Source: Lama glama
Lineage: Eukaryota
Direction of reading: 5' to 3'
DNA length: 64,000 nt
Assembly: GCA_028534125.1 (NCBI GenBank)
Contig: CM052818.1
Location: forward strand, 48,610,001-48,674,000
Below are positions 41,066 through 53,680 of this stretch, piece by piece. Made by a program: the position numbers and the translations under genes. The notes beneath the pieces were generated by a model. That model had not been told where the DNA came from. It was given only the letters and a program-made list of their open reading frames with translations, and did not search any database. How positions within the stretch are numbered: position 1 is the first letter of the stretch; every line of letters begins with the position of its first letter.

Positions 41066-41251
41066 GGCAGGGGACACCTCAAAGCAACGTTCCTGTAGTT
41101 CCCCTTGATTCCGAGTCTTTTAGTAAGCATCTAGCTCGTGCATCACTACCAACGGGGAGGGATGGAATCTGCTACTGGCATCCAAATGTGAAAAAGAACA
41201 GCGTATTTGAATCTCTTGAAATACAAACTCCAAATACCCCTTTTCAGAACT

Positions 41252-41720
41252 GATAGACTTTATTTTTCAGATCAGTTTTAAGTTTATAGAAAACCTGAGC
41301 AGTCAGCACAGAGTTCCTGTCTCTCCTCAAAGCATAGTTTCCCGGGAAGGAGGGGAGAGTCCGGCCCAGTGGTATAGCGCCTGCTTCGCCTGCACGAGGT
41401 CCCGGGCTCCATCCCCAGTGCCTCCTCTAGAAGCGAATAAGCCTACTTACCTCCCTGACTCCAGTCAAAATAAAAAATAAGTAAGTTATGCAATGCATAA
41501 ATAAAATTAAAAAAACCGTAATTTCCCTTACTATTTACATCTGGCTTTAGTGTCATACGTTTGTTCCAGTGGTGAACCAGCATTAACACACGCCATTGGC
41601 CAAAGTCCGCAGTGGGTGTTAAGACCCACCCTTTGTGTTGGACGTTCTGGGGGTTTGGACAGAGGCTCGTATCCACCATCATGGTATCACCCGGGGTAGC
41701 TGCCCTGACCCCACACTCTC
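41252..41720 (-). mobile_element. L1MC-like 3' end, interrupted by a SINE
   Basis: tagactttatttttcagatcagttttaagtttatagaaaa..., homologous to the 18875 element. Confidence 0.75.
41344..41515 (+). mobile_element. tRNA-derived SINE (Vic-1-like) nested in an L1MC-type relic
   Basis: Same head and tail as the 21384 copy. Degenerate TSD aaagcatagtttccc (41329-41343) / aaaccgtaatttccc (41513-41527). Confidence 0.85.
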
Positions 41721-41794
41721 CGGGCCGCCGCGTCTTCAGCACTTCTGGGTATTGGCTCAAATGAGTTGGATCTCTATGTCCACACAAGAATCTG

Positions 41795-42402
41795 AGTATG
41801 AAAGCTTATCGCATGCTTTATGTTGATTTATACCTGCCAAAAGTCAGCAGCAACTAAGGCGCCCTCCAACGGCTGCATGAATAAATCACCGTGGCCCTCT
41901 GTGCCACGGGGTGGTCCTCGGTGACGAAAGGAAACGGCTACCAAGCCACACAAGGTCGTGGGGAAAACTAATGCAGACTGCCAAGTGAAGAAGCCACTAA
42001 TTCCAACTCTACGACATTCTGAAATAGAAAAAAATCGAGATTATCAAAGATCAGGGGCTGCCAGGGGTTAGGAGGGAGGGGGAATAAACAGGGGCAGAGA
42101 AGCTCCCCTGTGTGATACTGAGGTGGCGGACACGTGGCATCATTCCTTTGCCAAAATCCACAGAGTGCATAAAACCAAGAGCACATGCTCATATAAACCA
42201 TGGATTTTAATTAATAATAATATATCAATATGGGTTCATCTATTGTAATAAACATACTCCACTAATGTGTGAGCTTAATGACAGTGTTAATAACAGGGAA
42301 AACTGTGCGGGGGCGGTGGGGCTCTCAGGAACTTTCTTTACTTTCTGTGCAATTTTTCTCTAAACCTCAATCTGCTCTAAAAATAAAGTCTATTTTTTAA
42401 AA
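41795..42402 (+). mobile_element. L1MC-like 3' end
   Basis: Ends ctgtgcaatttttctctaaacctcaatctgctctaaaaataaagtctattttttaaa. Confidence 0.8.
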
Positions 42403-45149
42403 TGTATAAAACCACGGTAAATGTACTGTTAGGGAAGATTATGAACGTTCATACTTTGTTAGATGAGAAACCAATATGCAGAACAGTGTAGAGTCTATTC
42501 TGTAATTTGAGTTTTTAATAATGCACACATGCTTCTAGGTACAAAAATTACCCACGGAAGGAAGTGCAGGAAATGGGGAACCTGGTCGCTGGGAGACCAG
42601 GACACAGGCCAGGTTTTCACTTCCTGCTCGCCACTCTGCACATTCTGGGTTTGGTACTAATTACCTATTGTGTACTATTACCTATTCAAAAATCATAAAA
42701 TGAAAATACGAGATTAGCTAAGAACATGAGAAAGAGAGGGAGAATGGCGATAAAGTAACATAAAATAATAAAACATCATGGCAATAAAAACAGAGCCAAA
42801 CAGTCATGTCTGCTAGACAACCTAGAGAGCTAAGATTACAGAGATACAAACATAAGACAATCTGAGAAATTGCACAACGGAAGAAAACAGTTATAGGAAT
42901 AAAATGGCAGTTTAAATACCAAGGAAAAAGGCAAAATGAAATAGCAAAAAAGATGTATTTCGATATACATGTTCTACAAAATAAGAAACAGAGAATTAAT
43001 ATTTTAGAATAAAATTTGTGAAGGAAGGCATGCTCTGTGAAGATTTTAGCACAAATATTTAAACAGTATTGCCTCACAAGTCTCAGATGCAGACGCTTAT
43101 AAAAACCCGGGTAGCCGTCATCTCAGGACCTGCAGTTCACTGAAGGGAACCCCTAAGGTCTGACATCTTTTGGGAGGAACTGCAACGTTAGTACCTAAAA
43201 ATAAAGGCTGTACCTGTGTCTGTATCCCTGTATCTTTATGTACCCCCGTACACATACCTTTACCATCTGTGTCTGTGTCTCTGAACCTACATCAGATTTA
43301 AGCCACTTGACTGCCTCCCCTCAGGCTTGAAACCCCACCCACCTTCTCTGGCTGGTTCTCCATGATGAGAGGGCACTGCTGACCCCAGCCGCAGCCATCT
43401 GGTCCCGGCAGGTGGCTGCATTAGATTCTGGGGCCTTGGAGAGCCTTGAAGGGGTGTGTGATGGTGTCGAAGCCATTGCGTCAGTGGATGAAATCAAATC
43501 TTGAGAGGAGGACAGAGCGAGGTGCCTGGTAAATAGGAGGCCGCCATGATATCCTAGTTGACAGGTGACCAACACCTGCCCCCATGGAGGGGGCCACAGA
43601 CACAAGGACGGAGCACACCGACCTTGACAAGGACCCCGTGGGAGGTGCTGGAGAGGAACCAGTGAGACAGCACCGAGGTTGTGAGTGCTGGCCACTGAGG
43701 AGACGCTGGTGTGATTCGTGGAGCTGGGAGAAAAGAGGGAGCCGTGTATTCACGTGAATTTTTTTTAGCTTTAGAAGGGATTTAGTGATGCAAGAATGAC
43801 TTGAATTTCACATCACAGTATGAAGTGGGCTCCTGATTATATCAGGAGCTGCACAGCTGACAGAGTGCTTTCCCTTGGAGAATGACGTTCCCAGACAAAG
43901 TTGCAGTCTGTGAAAAGCTCAGGTTTTGGTTTTGCGGCCAACAGGCTACAATTACACGGTGGTGTATGATGCCGTCGGGAGAAATGATTTGGACAAGGGA
44001 AGGGAGCGATTTTAAGGCAGTGTTCCTGAGCGCCCGCTGCTTGCCTTAAACCACAAAGAATCCCATGGGTTCAGAAGTGTAAGAACGGAGGGCTCCCTTT
44101 GGAGTGGAAAAAGCACGGTCAGAGAGAATGGCCAGTTCGATCCCCGAAGGCTGCAATTGCGTGGTCACATGTTTACAGTAACGGGAGGCGGCGAGGGCGG
44201 TCCACGCACCCTGGGAAGCCCCGGGGCCCCTGAGCGGCAGCTCTGTGGGGCCAGGAGAGCCGAGTCCTTCTCCGCACGAGGAGGGCTCTGATCTGTGGCT
44301 TTCTTGGTCTTCTCTACAATGATCCTTTTAGGGGAAGAGCTTCGGCAGTGTTCACAGCTCGGCCTCCAATTCCTCTGGCTCTGGCACGTAAACCCGCTCC
44401 CTGACTCCGCATGGAAGCTGTGTTCTTGCCCCAGAGACAGGAAGCCTTGGAGCATCCGTGTGCAGGGCGGTGTCAGAGGGGTGTGCCTAGGTCCCCCCGC
44501 AGCACAGCTCCCCTGAACGTGAGGGGGGCAAGTGGGGACCGAGGAGGCTGCCTTTAATGGAAGACATGCAGGTTCTGAGCCAGGGCTTGGGACATTTTCC
44601 GAAGAGCAAAGGAGGAGGTTTACTCTGTTGTTTTCATGACACTTTTGAAGGTGCTTAAAGACTTCTGTTGCTATAATTTCTTTTCAATTTATATGCCACG
44701 TAAGTGACCTCTGTAAGATGTTGCGATGAATACCCAATATTGCTGCAAGTCCTGGCTATTTGGAGCACCCTGTAGGGAAGGAGAGGAAGACATAATTTAT
44801 GCTAGTGGGTGCAGGGTCCAGGAAGACCTTCAAAGAGGAGAGGCCATGTGCGTGGGGCCCAGAACAAGGGGAGGGGAACAGGCGGTGTGGGTGAGCAGCT
44901 GTGGGTGAGCACCCCGGGACAGCCCAGGTTGCCGCGTCACAGCTGCCGGGCTCGGGTCTCCCCTGTCACACACTCACAGGCATCCTCCTGTGGTCCAATT
45001 TAATGTAAAAAGCTCTTCTCCAACGGCTTGAGTTTTGTGTATGGAAGGGATGGCTCTTAGATAAAGGGATTCTGCAATTGTTGCTAGTAATATCAAGTGG
45101 TTTCTCTTGTGAACGTTCTAATTTTTTCCCATCTTTAGAATGAGCATAG

Positions 45150-45310
45150 TTTTGGAGTTGGAGAGACGTAACGCGATTCCTCCTTTATGTGACCTTGGAC
45201 TCATCCAGAGGCTTAGCTCCCTTGTCAGTAAAGCAGGGATGCTAATTTTGGGCTCACAGAGCTGGTGTCAGGCCAAGTGGGATGTTGCAGGCCAGGCAGT
45301 GCACCGTTGG
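45150..45310 (+). mobile_element. MIR relic
   Basis: tatgtgaccttggac...cttagctcccttgtcagtaaagcagggatgctaat. Confidence 0.55.
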
Positions 45311-45899
45311 GGGTTGGGGGGCCCAGTCCCCGAGCTCGGGCTGTAGGAAGTCTGAGTGCCACCTGCCTGGTCCTTGTAGGGAGGGCTGTTACTAGTTACA
45401 ATGTGACTGTAACATTAGTTTTGGATTTTGTCTCTAAATTTATAGGACAAGTATTTTAAACTTCTATTTGCCACAGGTAGAACAGCCTCTCTTCTTAATG
45501 TGACCTTTAACTCCTGATTTTTAAAAAGTTTTTTTGAGGGTCGGATTTCTTGGAAGAGGCCCTTTGATTGCATGGAGCGCGGTGCTTGGGCATTTTGGAA
45601 ACCCAATACACAAGCAATGAGAAAGAAGTCATATTTGAAATTCTTGTAGCAATGCAATGTGGTCTCTGCTGGTGGGGCGGTTGCAGATGAGTGATATCTG
45701 GGTTCCTAAATACCACGGCGCTCACACCCATCCTCCCACGGAGAGTCACACAGCCCAGCGGTACCCCAGCCAGAAATAGCTCGAGGATCTACATTCCTTC
45801 ATGGTATTTAGAAACAACAGTTGTGGGAAGAAAGGTCATGGCCATAGAGTTTAATTGATATTATATTTTCTCCTTCTATGGCAGTCATTTAAAATGCTT

Positions 45900-46540
45900 A
45901 TTTTTTTCTATCTTTTACTAAATAAGCCATGGAATTTAGACTATACAGAAAAACAAAATTAAAATTGAAAAAGCCAAAAAAAGTATCCATAATCTCACTG
46001 CCCAGGGATAACCATTGTTCATATCTTGGTTTCACAAGCTTTCAATCTTTTTTCCCTTATGTATATAAATATTTTTAAACCAAAGAAAATGCAGTCTACA
46101 GGGCATATCAATTTCATGTCGCTTTTCCACATGTAACAGAGCACGGGGAAACCCCTCTTACTCTTTGACTCCAGAACCACTCTCCTGTCCGTGGAGTGTT
46201 CCATCCGGAGGGCGGAGCAATTCACTCTCCAGCCCGCTATTGTTGCTCACGTAGCTGGTTTCCAGTCGTTCAGCAGACAGACAATCCTGGGAGCAGTGTT
46301 CCCGTAGCAAATGCTCCTGCCGTGTGTGTGTGACGAGAGGCTCGGGGGGGGGGGGTGTCTGAGCGAGGGGTCTGAGGGGAGGGCACGGGTCGGGTACAGG
46401 ATGAGGTGTGTGTCCTCCAACTGCCCTCGGTTTCTGTAACAAACGTGCTCACCATCAGAGCCAAAGTGCCCGAGGCCCTGTGCTCTTGCAAACACTGTTA
46501 CTGTTTCAAAACATCTTTACCAATTTTGTAGGGAAGGGAC
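45900..46540 (-). mobile_element. Ancient L1 (L1MC4/L1ME-like) relic
   Basis: aaagtatccataatctcactgcccagggataaccattgtt...gtttccagt...cttgcaaacactg. Confidence 0.5.
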
Positions 46541-48761
46541 ACTGCCCTCTCCCTGCTATAAATGAGCACATCTTTGATGGTTCGCTGCTTCACAGATGAG
46601 GAGATGAAGAGTCAGTAAATGCGAGTGAGCTATCCATGGGGCAGGGCTGGCAAATGTAGAAAGTTCCAGATCCCAGTTCATTTGCTGATTTGCTCAGTGA
46701 TCAATATTAAAGTCCTCGGTGGGCCAGGAGCAGTGGGAGGCTCTAGAAATTCGAGAGTGTGGACGTGTGATCGCTGCCTGGAGGGCTCCCTGCAGGAGGC
46801 GGGGGTGCGCCCACTGGCTGCCTGGGATGATGAGGGAGCCTCGGGTGGGTGTGGGAGGGCACCGCAGCAAGAGTTCCCAGCCGAAGGCATTCTTGGAAGA
46901 TGGACGGGCGGGGGAAGAGAGGCGAGGGGCGGGGACCGTGGGAGGAGGGAGGACCCAGGGTTGGGGAAACAGTCCCCAAACGTCCAGGGGACGTCGGTGT
47001 GGGCAGTCACCTTCAGGGCCTGGAGATCTGTGGGCTCAGAAGGCAGCACGGTGACTGTTAACTGTGCAAAGCGCAGAAGTCAATTTGCCCCCTTCAGAGG
47101 AGGGTGGGGGGCGGGGGGGGGCAGGAGGGATGGGCTGGGAGAGAATCCTGGTTCTCCCCTGGCCTGGAGCAGAAAGACCCAGAATCTCTGAGCAGTCAAG
47201 GCTTCCTCTGCAGCTGTGGACACAGGTCCCTGCGGTTGCGCTGCGCAGCTGAACCTGCCCAGGGCACGAAGATGCCCTTGGCCTCCCGGCTTTGGTTTGT
47301 GTGCATGAAAGGCAGAGGCACTCTGCAGGGCACAGCCCGGCAGCGGGAGCACAGAGCACCCGGCCAGGGACTCGGGGCCCCCCAGCACCGACAGTCTTCT
47401 CCGAGGTCCGCCCGGGCTGCGGCTCAGAGGGGCCCGGGGAGAGCCCGGGGAGGGGGCACGCCGAGGCAGGCAGTGCGTCAAAGCCGGCACAAGGCTGCTG
47501 TCGGTCCGGGAGGGAAGGAGCAGCTATGTCTCCGGCCTTCCGGAGCCCACGCTTCCCCTTCCCCAGGCCGCGGCTCTGGGACCCGTCTCTCCTGAGATTA
47601 CAGGCATGAGGGCTCCCTGTGACGGGGGACCAGGGGTCCTGTCCCCAGCTGTGCGCTCCCCTCCTCCGGAGGGCTGGCCCTTTCCAAGCTTGAAGACTTC
47701 TGCCCTTTCCTGAGGGGAAATTTTTAGGGAGCTAGAAAGAGAAGCTTGAATCCATGGGGGAGACTTTTTAACCACTTGCTAAAAAAACACAGGCAAATAT
47801 GTCGTGCATGCCTTGAATGCAGCCCAGCCCTCCAGAGCTATTTCTCTAGTGGGGGGCCACAGTGGATTTCAGATCCTCCTGGTGTGTGCTGGGGTCCGCA
47901 CACGGGGGCCGGTGCTGACTGACCGTTCCCCTCCGGGACAGAAACTGCTGGAATCTGTGCTCCAAAGTATGCTTTCTGAGGGCGGAGGCATTCTCAGCCT
48001 GTTCCCTATTTAGCCCCCTGCACTTAACTATTTCTAGCAATAACTGGTGGTCATTAAATGTCCGTTGATTTAGGGACCGACATACCAACGTGGCTTCTCC
48101 CATCCAAGTGCAGAACACCTGCTCTCTGCCGTGAGTCTAACAGGAAACATGCATTTCTCCGCTCAAGAAGCTTCAAACCACAGAGTGAGGAGACAGCAGT
48201 GTCTGTTTCTACCACGAAGCTGAGCGGGCGCGCTGGTAGCCATCAGCCTCCCGCTTCGGGACAGAGGAGGGGAGGACCGCCGATGTCGGCATCTGCCCTG
48301 AGGTGAGAACGTTAAAGAACCCCAGATGATGCAGATGGATGCTCTGGGCTAGGAGGACGTGCTTCTCTCCCATCTGAGGAGAGAAGAGAGGGAAGTAGAC
48401 CTTCACATACCCTAGAGAAGCCACGGGACTGGGGTTGATGTTGGGAGAGAGGCGCTGAGGATGAGGGCTGAGAAGTGTTCCTGGGGACTGTCCCTTGTTC
48501 CGTAAGGCAGGTGGCAGCTGTGACCATGTGACATCAGCCAACAAACGGGGAGCCTTGGAGAAGCTTCTCGTGGTTGCTCCAACTTAACCTTCTGGAGACT
48601 GTACCACAGCAGAAGCCCCTGGAGCAGAGCAGACATCCCCCGGGGCCATCAGGTGGTGGACTGAACGTGAACTCGGGCTCGCGGGTTGCGGTGGGGGGCG
48701 TGTCTCTGGTCAGTGGGCAGTGATGCTGACACCGACAGGACTTGAAGAGGAGCTAAAAGAG

Positions 48762-50550
48762 TTTTTAAAAATTGACGTATGGTTTGTTTACAATGTTGTA
48801 TTAGTTTCAGGGGTGCAATAAAGTGATTCAGTTATACATATATGTTCTTTTTCATATTCTTTTCCATTATGGTTTATTAAAGGATATTGAATATAGTTCC
48901 CTGTGCTGTATCATAGGACCCTGTTGCTTATTTTATGTATAATAATCCCAAACTCCTAATTTACCCACCCCTTTTCCCCTTTGGTAAACGTAAGTTTGTT
49001 CTCTATGTCTGTGAGTCTATTTCTGTTTTGTAAATGAGTTCATTTGTATTTCTTTTTACATTCCACATGTAAGTGGTATCATGTGATTTTATCTTTCTCT
49101 GAGTGACTCACTTCACTTAGTATAATAATCTCTAAGTCCATTCATGTTACTGCAGATGGCATTATTTCATTCCTTTTAATGGCTGAGTCATATTCCACTG
49201 TGTATATATATATATATATATATACACTGTCTTCTTAATCCAGTCATCTGTTGTTGGACACTTAGGTTGCTTCCATGCCTTGGCTATTGTAAATAGTGCT
49301 GCTATGAACACTGGGGTTCATGTACCTTTTCAAATTAGAGTTTCCTCCAATTATATGCCCAGCAGTGGGATGGCTGGAACACGTAGCAAGTCTATTTCTG
49401 CTTTAATAAGGAACCTGCCCTCCATAGTGACTGCCCCAATTTACATTCCCACCAGCAGTGTAGGAGGGCTCCCTTTTCTGTGCACCCTCTCCAGCACTTG
49501 TCATCTGTAGACTTTCTAATGATGGCCTTTCTAACGGGGTGAGGTAGTTTTGGTAGTTTCGATTTGCATTTCTCTAGCAATCAGCAACTGGAGCATCGCT
49601 TCACGTGCCTGTTGGCCCTCCGTGTGTCTCCATTAAAGAAGTGTCTGTTTAGGTCTTCTACCTGTGTTCTGATTGGGTTGCTCGCTTTTTGTTGTTGTTG
49701 TTACCGAGTCGCATGAGCTACTTCCGTATTTTGGAAATTAAGCCCTTAGCGGTCACATAGTTTGCAAATATTTTCTCCCAGTCTGTGGGTTGTCTTTTTG
49801 TTTTCTTTATGGTTTTCTTCGCTGTGCAAACTCTTATAAGCTTGATCAGGTCCCATTTATTTATCTTTGCCTTTATTTCTGTTGCCGTGGTAGACTGACC
49901 TAGGAGAACGTGGCTACGATTTATGTCAGAGACTGTTCACGTGTGTGTTCTGGGAGTTATATGGTGTCATGCCTTATATTTAAGTATTTAAGCCAATTTG
50001 AGTTTATTTTTGGGTGTGGTGAGAGGAGGTGTTCTAACTTTATTGCTTTACATGTAGCCATCCAGCTTTCCCAACTTCATTTGCCAAAGGGACAGTCTTT
50101 TCTCCATTGTATATTCTTGCCTCTTTTGCCAAAGATTCATTGACTGTAGATGTGTCGGTTTATTGCTAAGCTCTCTATTCTGTACCCTTGATCCATATGT
50201 CTGTTTTTGTGTCCATATCATGCTGTTTCGATGACTGTAGCTCTGTAGTATTGTCTGAAGTCTACAAAAGTTATACCTCCAGCTTTGCTCTTTCCCCTCA
50301 GTATTGCTTTGGCAATTCTAAGTCTTGTAATTCCGTATAAATTTTAAGATTGTTTGTTTTAGTTCTGTGAAAGGTGTCCTGGATAATCTGACTGGGATTG
50401 CATCAAGTCTGCAGATTGCCTTGGGCAGCATGGCCATTTTTAAAATATGAATTCTTCTAATCCAAGAGCATGAGGTATCTTTCCATTTCTTTCACTATTC
50501 AATTTCCTTTATGAATGTTTTATAGTTATCTGCATATAAGTCTTCCATCT
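48762..50550 (-). mobile_element. ~1.8 kb 5'-truncated L1 (3' part of ORF2 plus 3' UTR), degenerate
   Basis: Continuous antisense L1 text. Minus-strand peptide [27 protein letters not shown]. Degenerate TSD gagctaaaagagtttt / gagctagaagctttt. Confidence 0.93.
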
Positions 50551-52034
50551 GAAGAGCTAGAAGCTTTTAACTTCATTTCTAAATCCTTCCAATCATGTTA
50601 TTCTGGACTTGCACTTTACACCTAGCTTCATCCTCTCAACTGTAAAGACGACCACTATTATTTTTAACATTTATCACTTTCTTAATCATTATCCTTATTC
50701 TAGCCTAATTACATTATTTTCTGAGGATTTGCTCTTGGCAAGCTCTCTTAGTATTTTTTACCTAAAAGTGTCTTTCTTCTACCCTATTCTTGAACGATAG
50801 TTCCCTAGAAATTGTAGGTTGGCATTAATTTTATTTTAGCATATTGAAGTTGTGTGTATGTGTTCATTTTTAAAATTTTCTGTCTCTGATTTTTATAATT
50901 TACCGTGACATGCTCAAGTATAGATTGATTTTTGTTTATTCCTTGTTATCTGGTGCCCCTTGATCCTTTTAGGAACATTTCTCCCCTATCTTATCCAGAA
51001 TTTCTTAACATTTTCTGCAGTGTTGGTATGAATAACCAAGCATACTTTTTTATTAGAAAAGTGCAATTACTCTTTTTGCCATTCACTCTTGCCAGATAAG
51101 TTAGAATAACTGATTTATCTCTGTAGCCAAATAAGGCTCAAATCTATTCCAGAAATAGCTGATCCAGTTAAAAGAATTTTGATACATAAATGACAGTAAA
51201 CAGAACATCCCGCAGGGTGACTGAGAAGTGCTTTAGGATCTTGCAATCTTCCAAGGTCCTCCTAAATTCCAGTGACCACCAATGAGTTAAAAAATAAAGG
51301 TGTTTTAAGTGATTGGTTTGAATCTTCGTTGCATCCAAAATGTATTTTTTAAGTGTGTCTATGACCCTTAATTGTTACTGACTCTGTTCAGATGTAGCAG
51401 TTGAGGGGAAGATGTGAGATTGTGGGTTTACGTGGATACCCCGTCATTCCACACCTGGGTGATGGGATGAGTTCCTGAGCCCTCCACAGGTTAGAATTCT
51501 CACCTGTAACCTGGATTCTCACAGCATCGTATGGGGCATCAGGGAAGATAAAGACCATGAATATGCAAATGGAGTTCCTATACGCGTGCCAGTAAATTTT
51601 CAGAACTGTTAAGATACAGAATAAAGAAGGGGAATCAAATCTGATTTTTATCTTCCCATTTCACAGATTCCACAAAAATCAAAGTTTACAGGAGTCTTGC
51701 TGAAATCTCTCACTAGAATGCCTTTGGCTGGCTTTATGTGTTGTACAAAACCTCTGTTTATAAAGAGAAGATTCCAGCACCCAGCAGAACCTTTCCTTCC
51801 ACGCTGCTCAGCCTCTGATTTCAGCAGTCACTCCCTGTCTTCCCAGAAGTTCCTTTGGGTTATGTAGCTGTTACTCCATTGAGCAGATTTTATTCAGTTC
51901 TTTCTGAGCTGTGAGTGCCTGAATGCTCGTGCGTTTAGGCTGTGGCTCTGGGAGAAATCTCAGGGGGGCACGGCTGCCCCCGGACGCAGCACACTGGCTT
52001 TACTTCCTGCAGCTGACCTTATACCAGGCAGAGA

Positions 52035-52295
52035 AAAGGGCACAGAAAAGAAGCTGATGGTCACCCAAGGGGGGAGGGGGTGGGGAGGGGGTAAATTAGG
52101 AGTTTGGGATTAACAGATATACACTACTGTATATACAATAGATACACAATAAGAACCTACTCTATAGCACAGGGAACTGTATTCATTATCTTATAAAAAC
52201 CTATAATGGAAAAGAATCTGAAAAAGAATATATATATATGTATAACTGAATCACTTTGCTGTACACCTGAAACTATCACAGCTAACACAAAAATA
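52035..52295 (+). mobile_element. L1 3' end (cetartiodactyl-type)
   Basis: aattaggagtttgggattaacagatatacactactgtatata...cacagggaactgtattca...aactgaatcactttgctgtacacctgaaact. Confidence 0.92.
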
Positions 52296-52699
52296 GGGTG
52301 AAGACGTCTAAGTCCCAGTCTTCCACACTGGTAATCATGGATACTGGTGAGTTACACGAAAATATACCTATTAAGAAATACGGCTTGAGAATGAATGAAA
52401 TGGAAGCTGGTATATGACATTCTTTTGTAAATTGTAAAGAAAAGTGCAAAGTTTCAAAGTATTTTTTCCATCTACTTATGTCTAGTTTTATCTATGCGTC
52501 TTATACACGTGATAATGACAAAAAGAGACTTTGTTGAACATGGAGTGGCTTCACGTGGTACAAATAGGCTCAGTGGGGGTGTCTTCCCCTGTGGTGGCAC
52601 TTCGGGAAGCTGCTCCCCCTTCTCTTAAGCCGGTGACTGCAGGGGAGCTGGGTGTGTTCCAGAGGGACTGCCAACAGCTGGGGGGGGGCGAATGGCGCA

Positions 52700-53020
52700 G
52701 ACACCCCTCCCCAATGCTGGCGAGTGTCACCCCACCCAGTGGGGCCCTGAGTAGAGCAAAAGGCGGAGGAGGGCCTGACTGGCCTGGCTGCCAGCTGGGC
52801 CGTCGGTCTTCTCTGTCCCTTGTGCCACTGGTTCTCCGACCTACAGACCAGGACTGGAACCTGCACCTCCCCTCTCTGGTCCTCAGGCCTTGGGGCTCAG
52901 CACCAGCTCTCTTGGGTCCGCAGCTTGCAGAGGGCAGATCCCGGGCATTGCTCAGCCTCCATGACTCTGGGGGCCAGTCCCTGAGAGCAAATCTCATTCT
53001 CTCTGTACATACACACTAAC
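52700..53020 (+). mobile_element. MLT2-type LTR fragment
   Basis: ggccctgagtagagcaaaaggcggaggagg...ctgggccgtcggtcttctc...cagcttgcagagggcagatc...ctcagcctccatga. Confidence 0.7.
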
Positions 53021-53039
53021 ACAGCAGGCGATCTGCAGA

Positions 53040-53680
53040 GCCCACGGTCCAGGGCTGGGCACCTAAGGGGACTGCGTCCAGGGAGCATCCTATGGAGGTA
53101 GCTGGAAGGGCATCCTTCACAGTCTGAAAAGAGAAGAGAGAGCCTGCACTGTAGCGGGAGCCGAGTGCCTGGGGTGCGCGAGAGAGGTAAGGGGTGGGTG
53201 CCCTGCGGATGGGGGCTGAGCAGAGAGCTTTAGGATGTGAGTGGAGGTGCTTGAGCAGATGAGTGAAAGGACAGGGTTCATGTTCTTACAAGGATGCCTT
53301 GGATGTCTTGAGAATACGCTCTGGGGACAAGGGTGGGGCGGGAGGGGCGGGAGCTAAGGGAACAGCTGAGGAAGGTGGTGGCTATGCCGGGGTACCGCGA
53401 CACGCGTGAGTCTCTGAATGTACTTCGGGGGTGGAGCTAAGAGGGCTTCTTGATCCATTTGGTGTGGGATGTTTGGGGGCAGGAGGCGGGGGGTGAGATC
53501 CCGGGCTGGATATGAGTTTGGCTTGAGTAACCAGAACACTGTGGTTCCCCCAACGAGGAGGGGCAGGTCAAGGTGAAGCCAGCTCTCAGGAGATGGCTAG
53601 GAGTCTGGCTGCAGGCGTGTCACATTTAAGACGCGTATTTGACACCCAAGGAGAAGTGTCAAATAGCGAGTTAGCACCAG
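53040..53680 (-). mobile_element. L2 relic
   Basis: Purine-rich L2-like text (gtttggcttgagtaaccaga...ggagtctggctgcaggcgtgtcacatttaagacg...gagaagtgtcaaatag). Confidence 0.55.

Noticed and set aside
46619..47775. Cluster of 100-190 aa ORFs in a GC-rich patch
   Set aside because: Overlapping on both strands with no homology signal. Better explained by local GC content.
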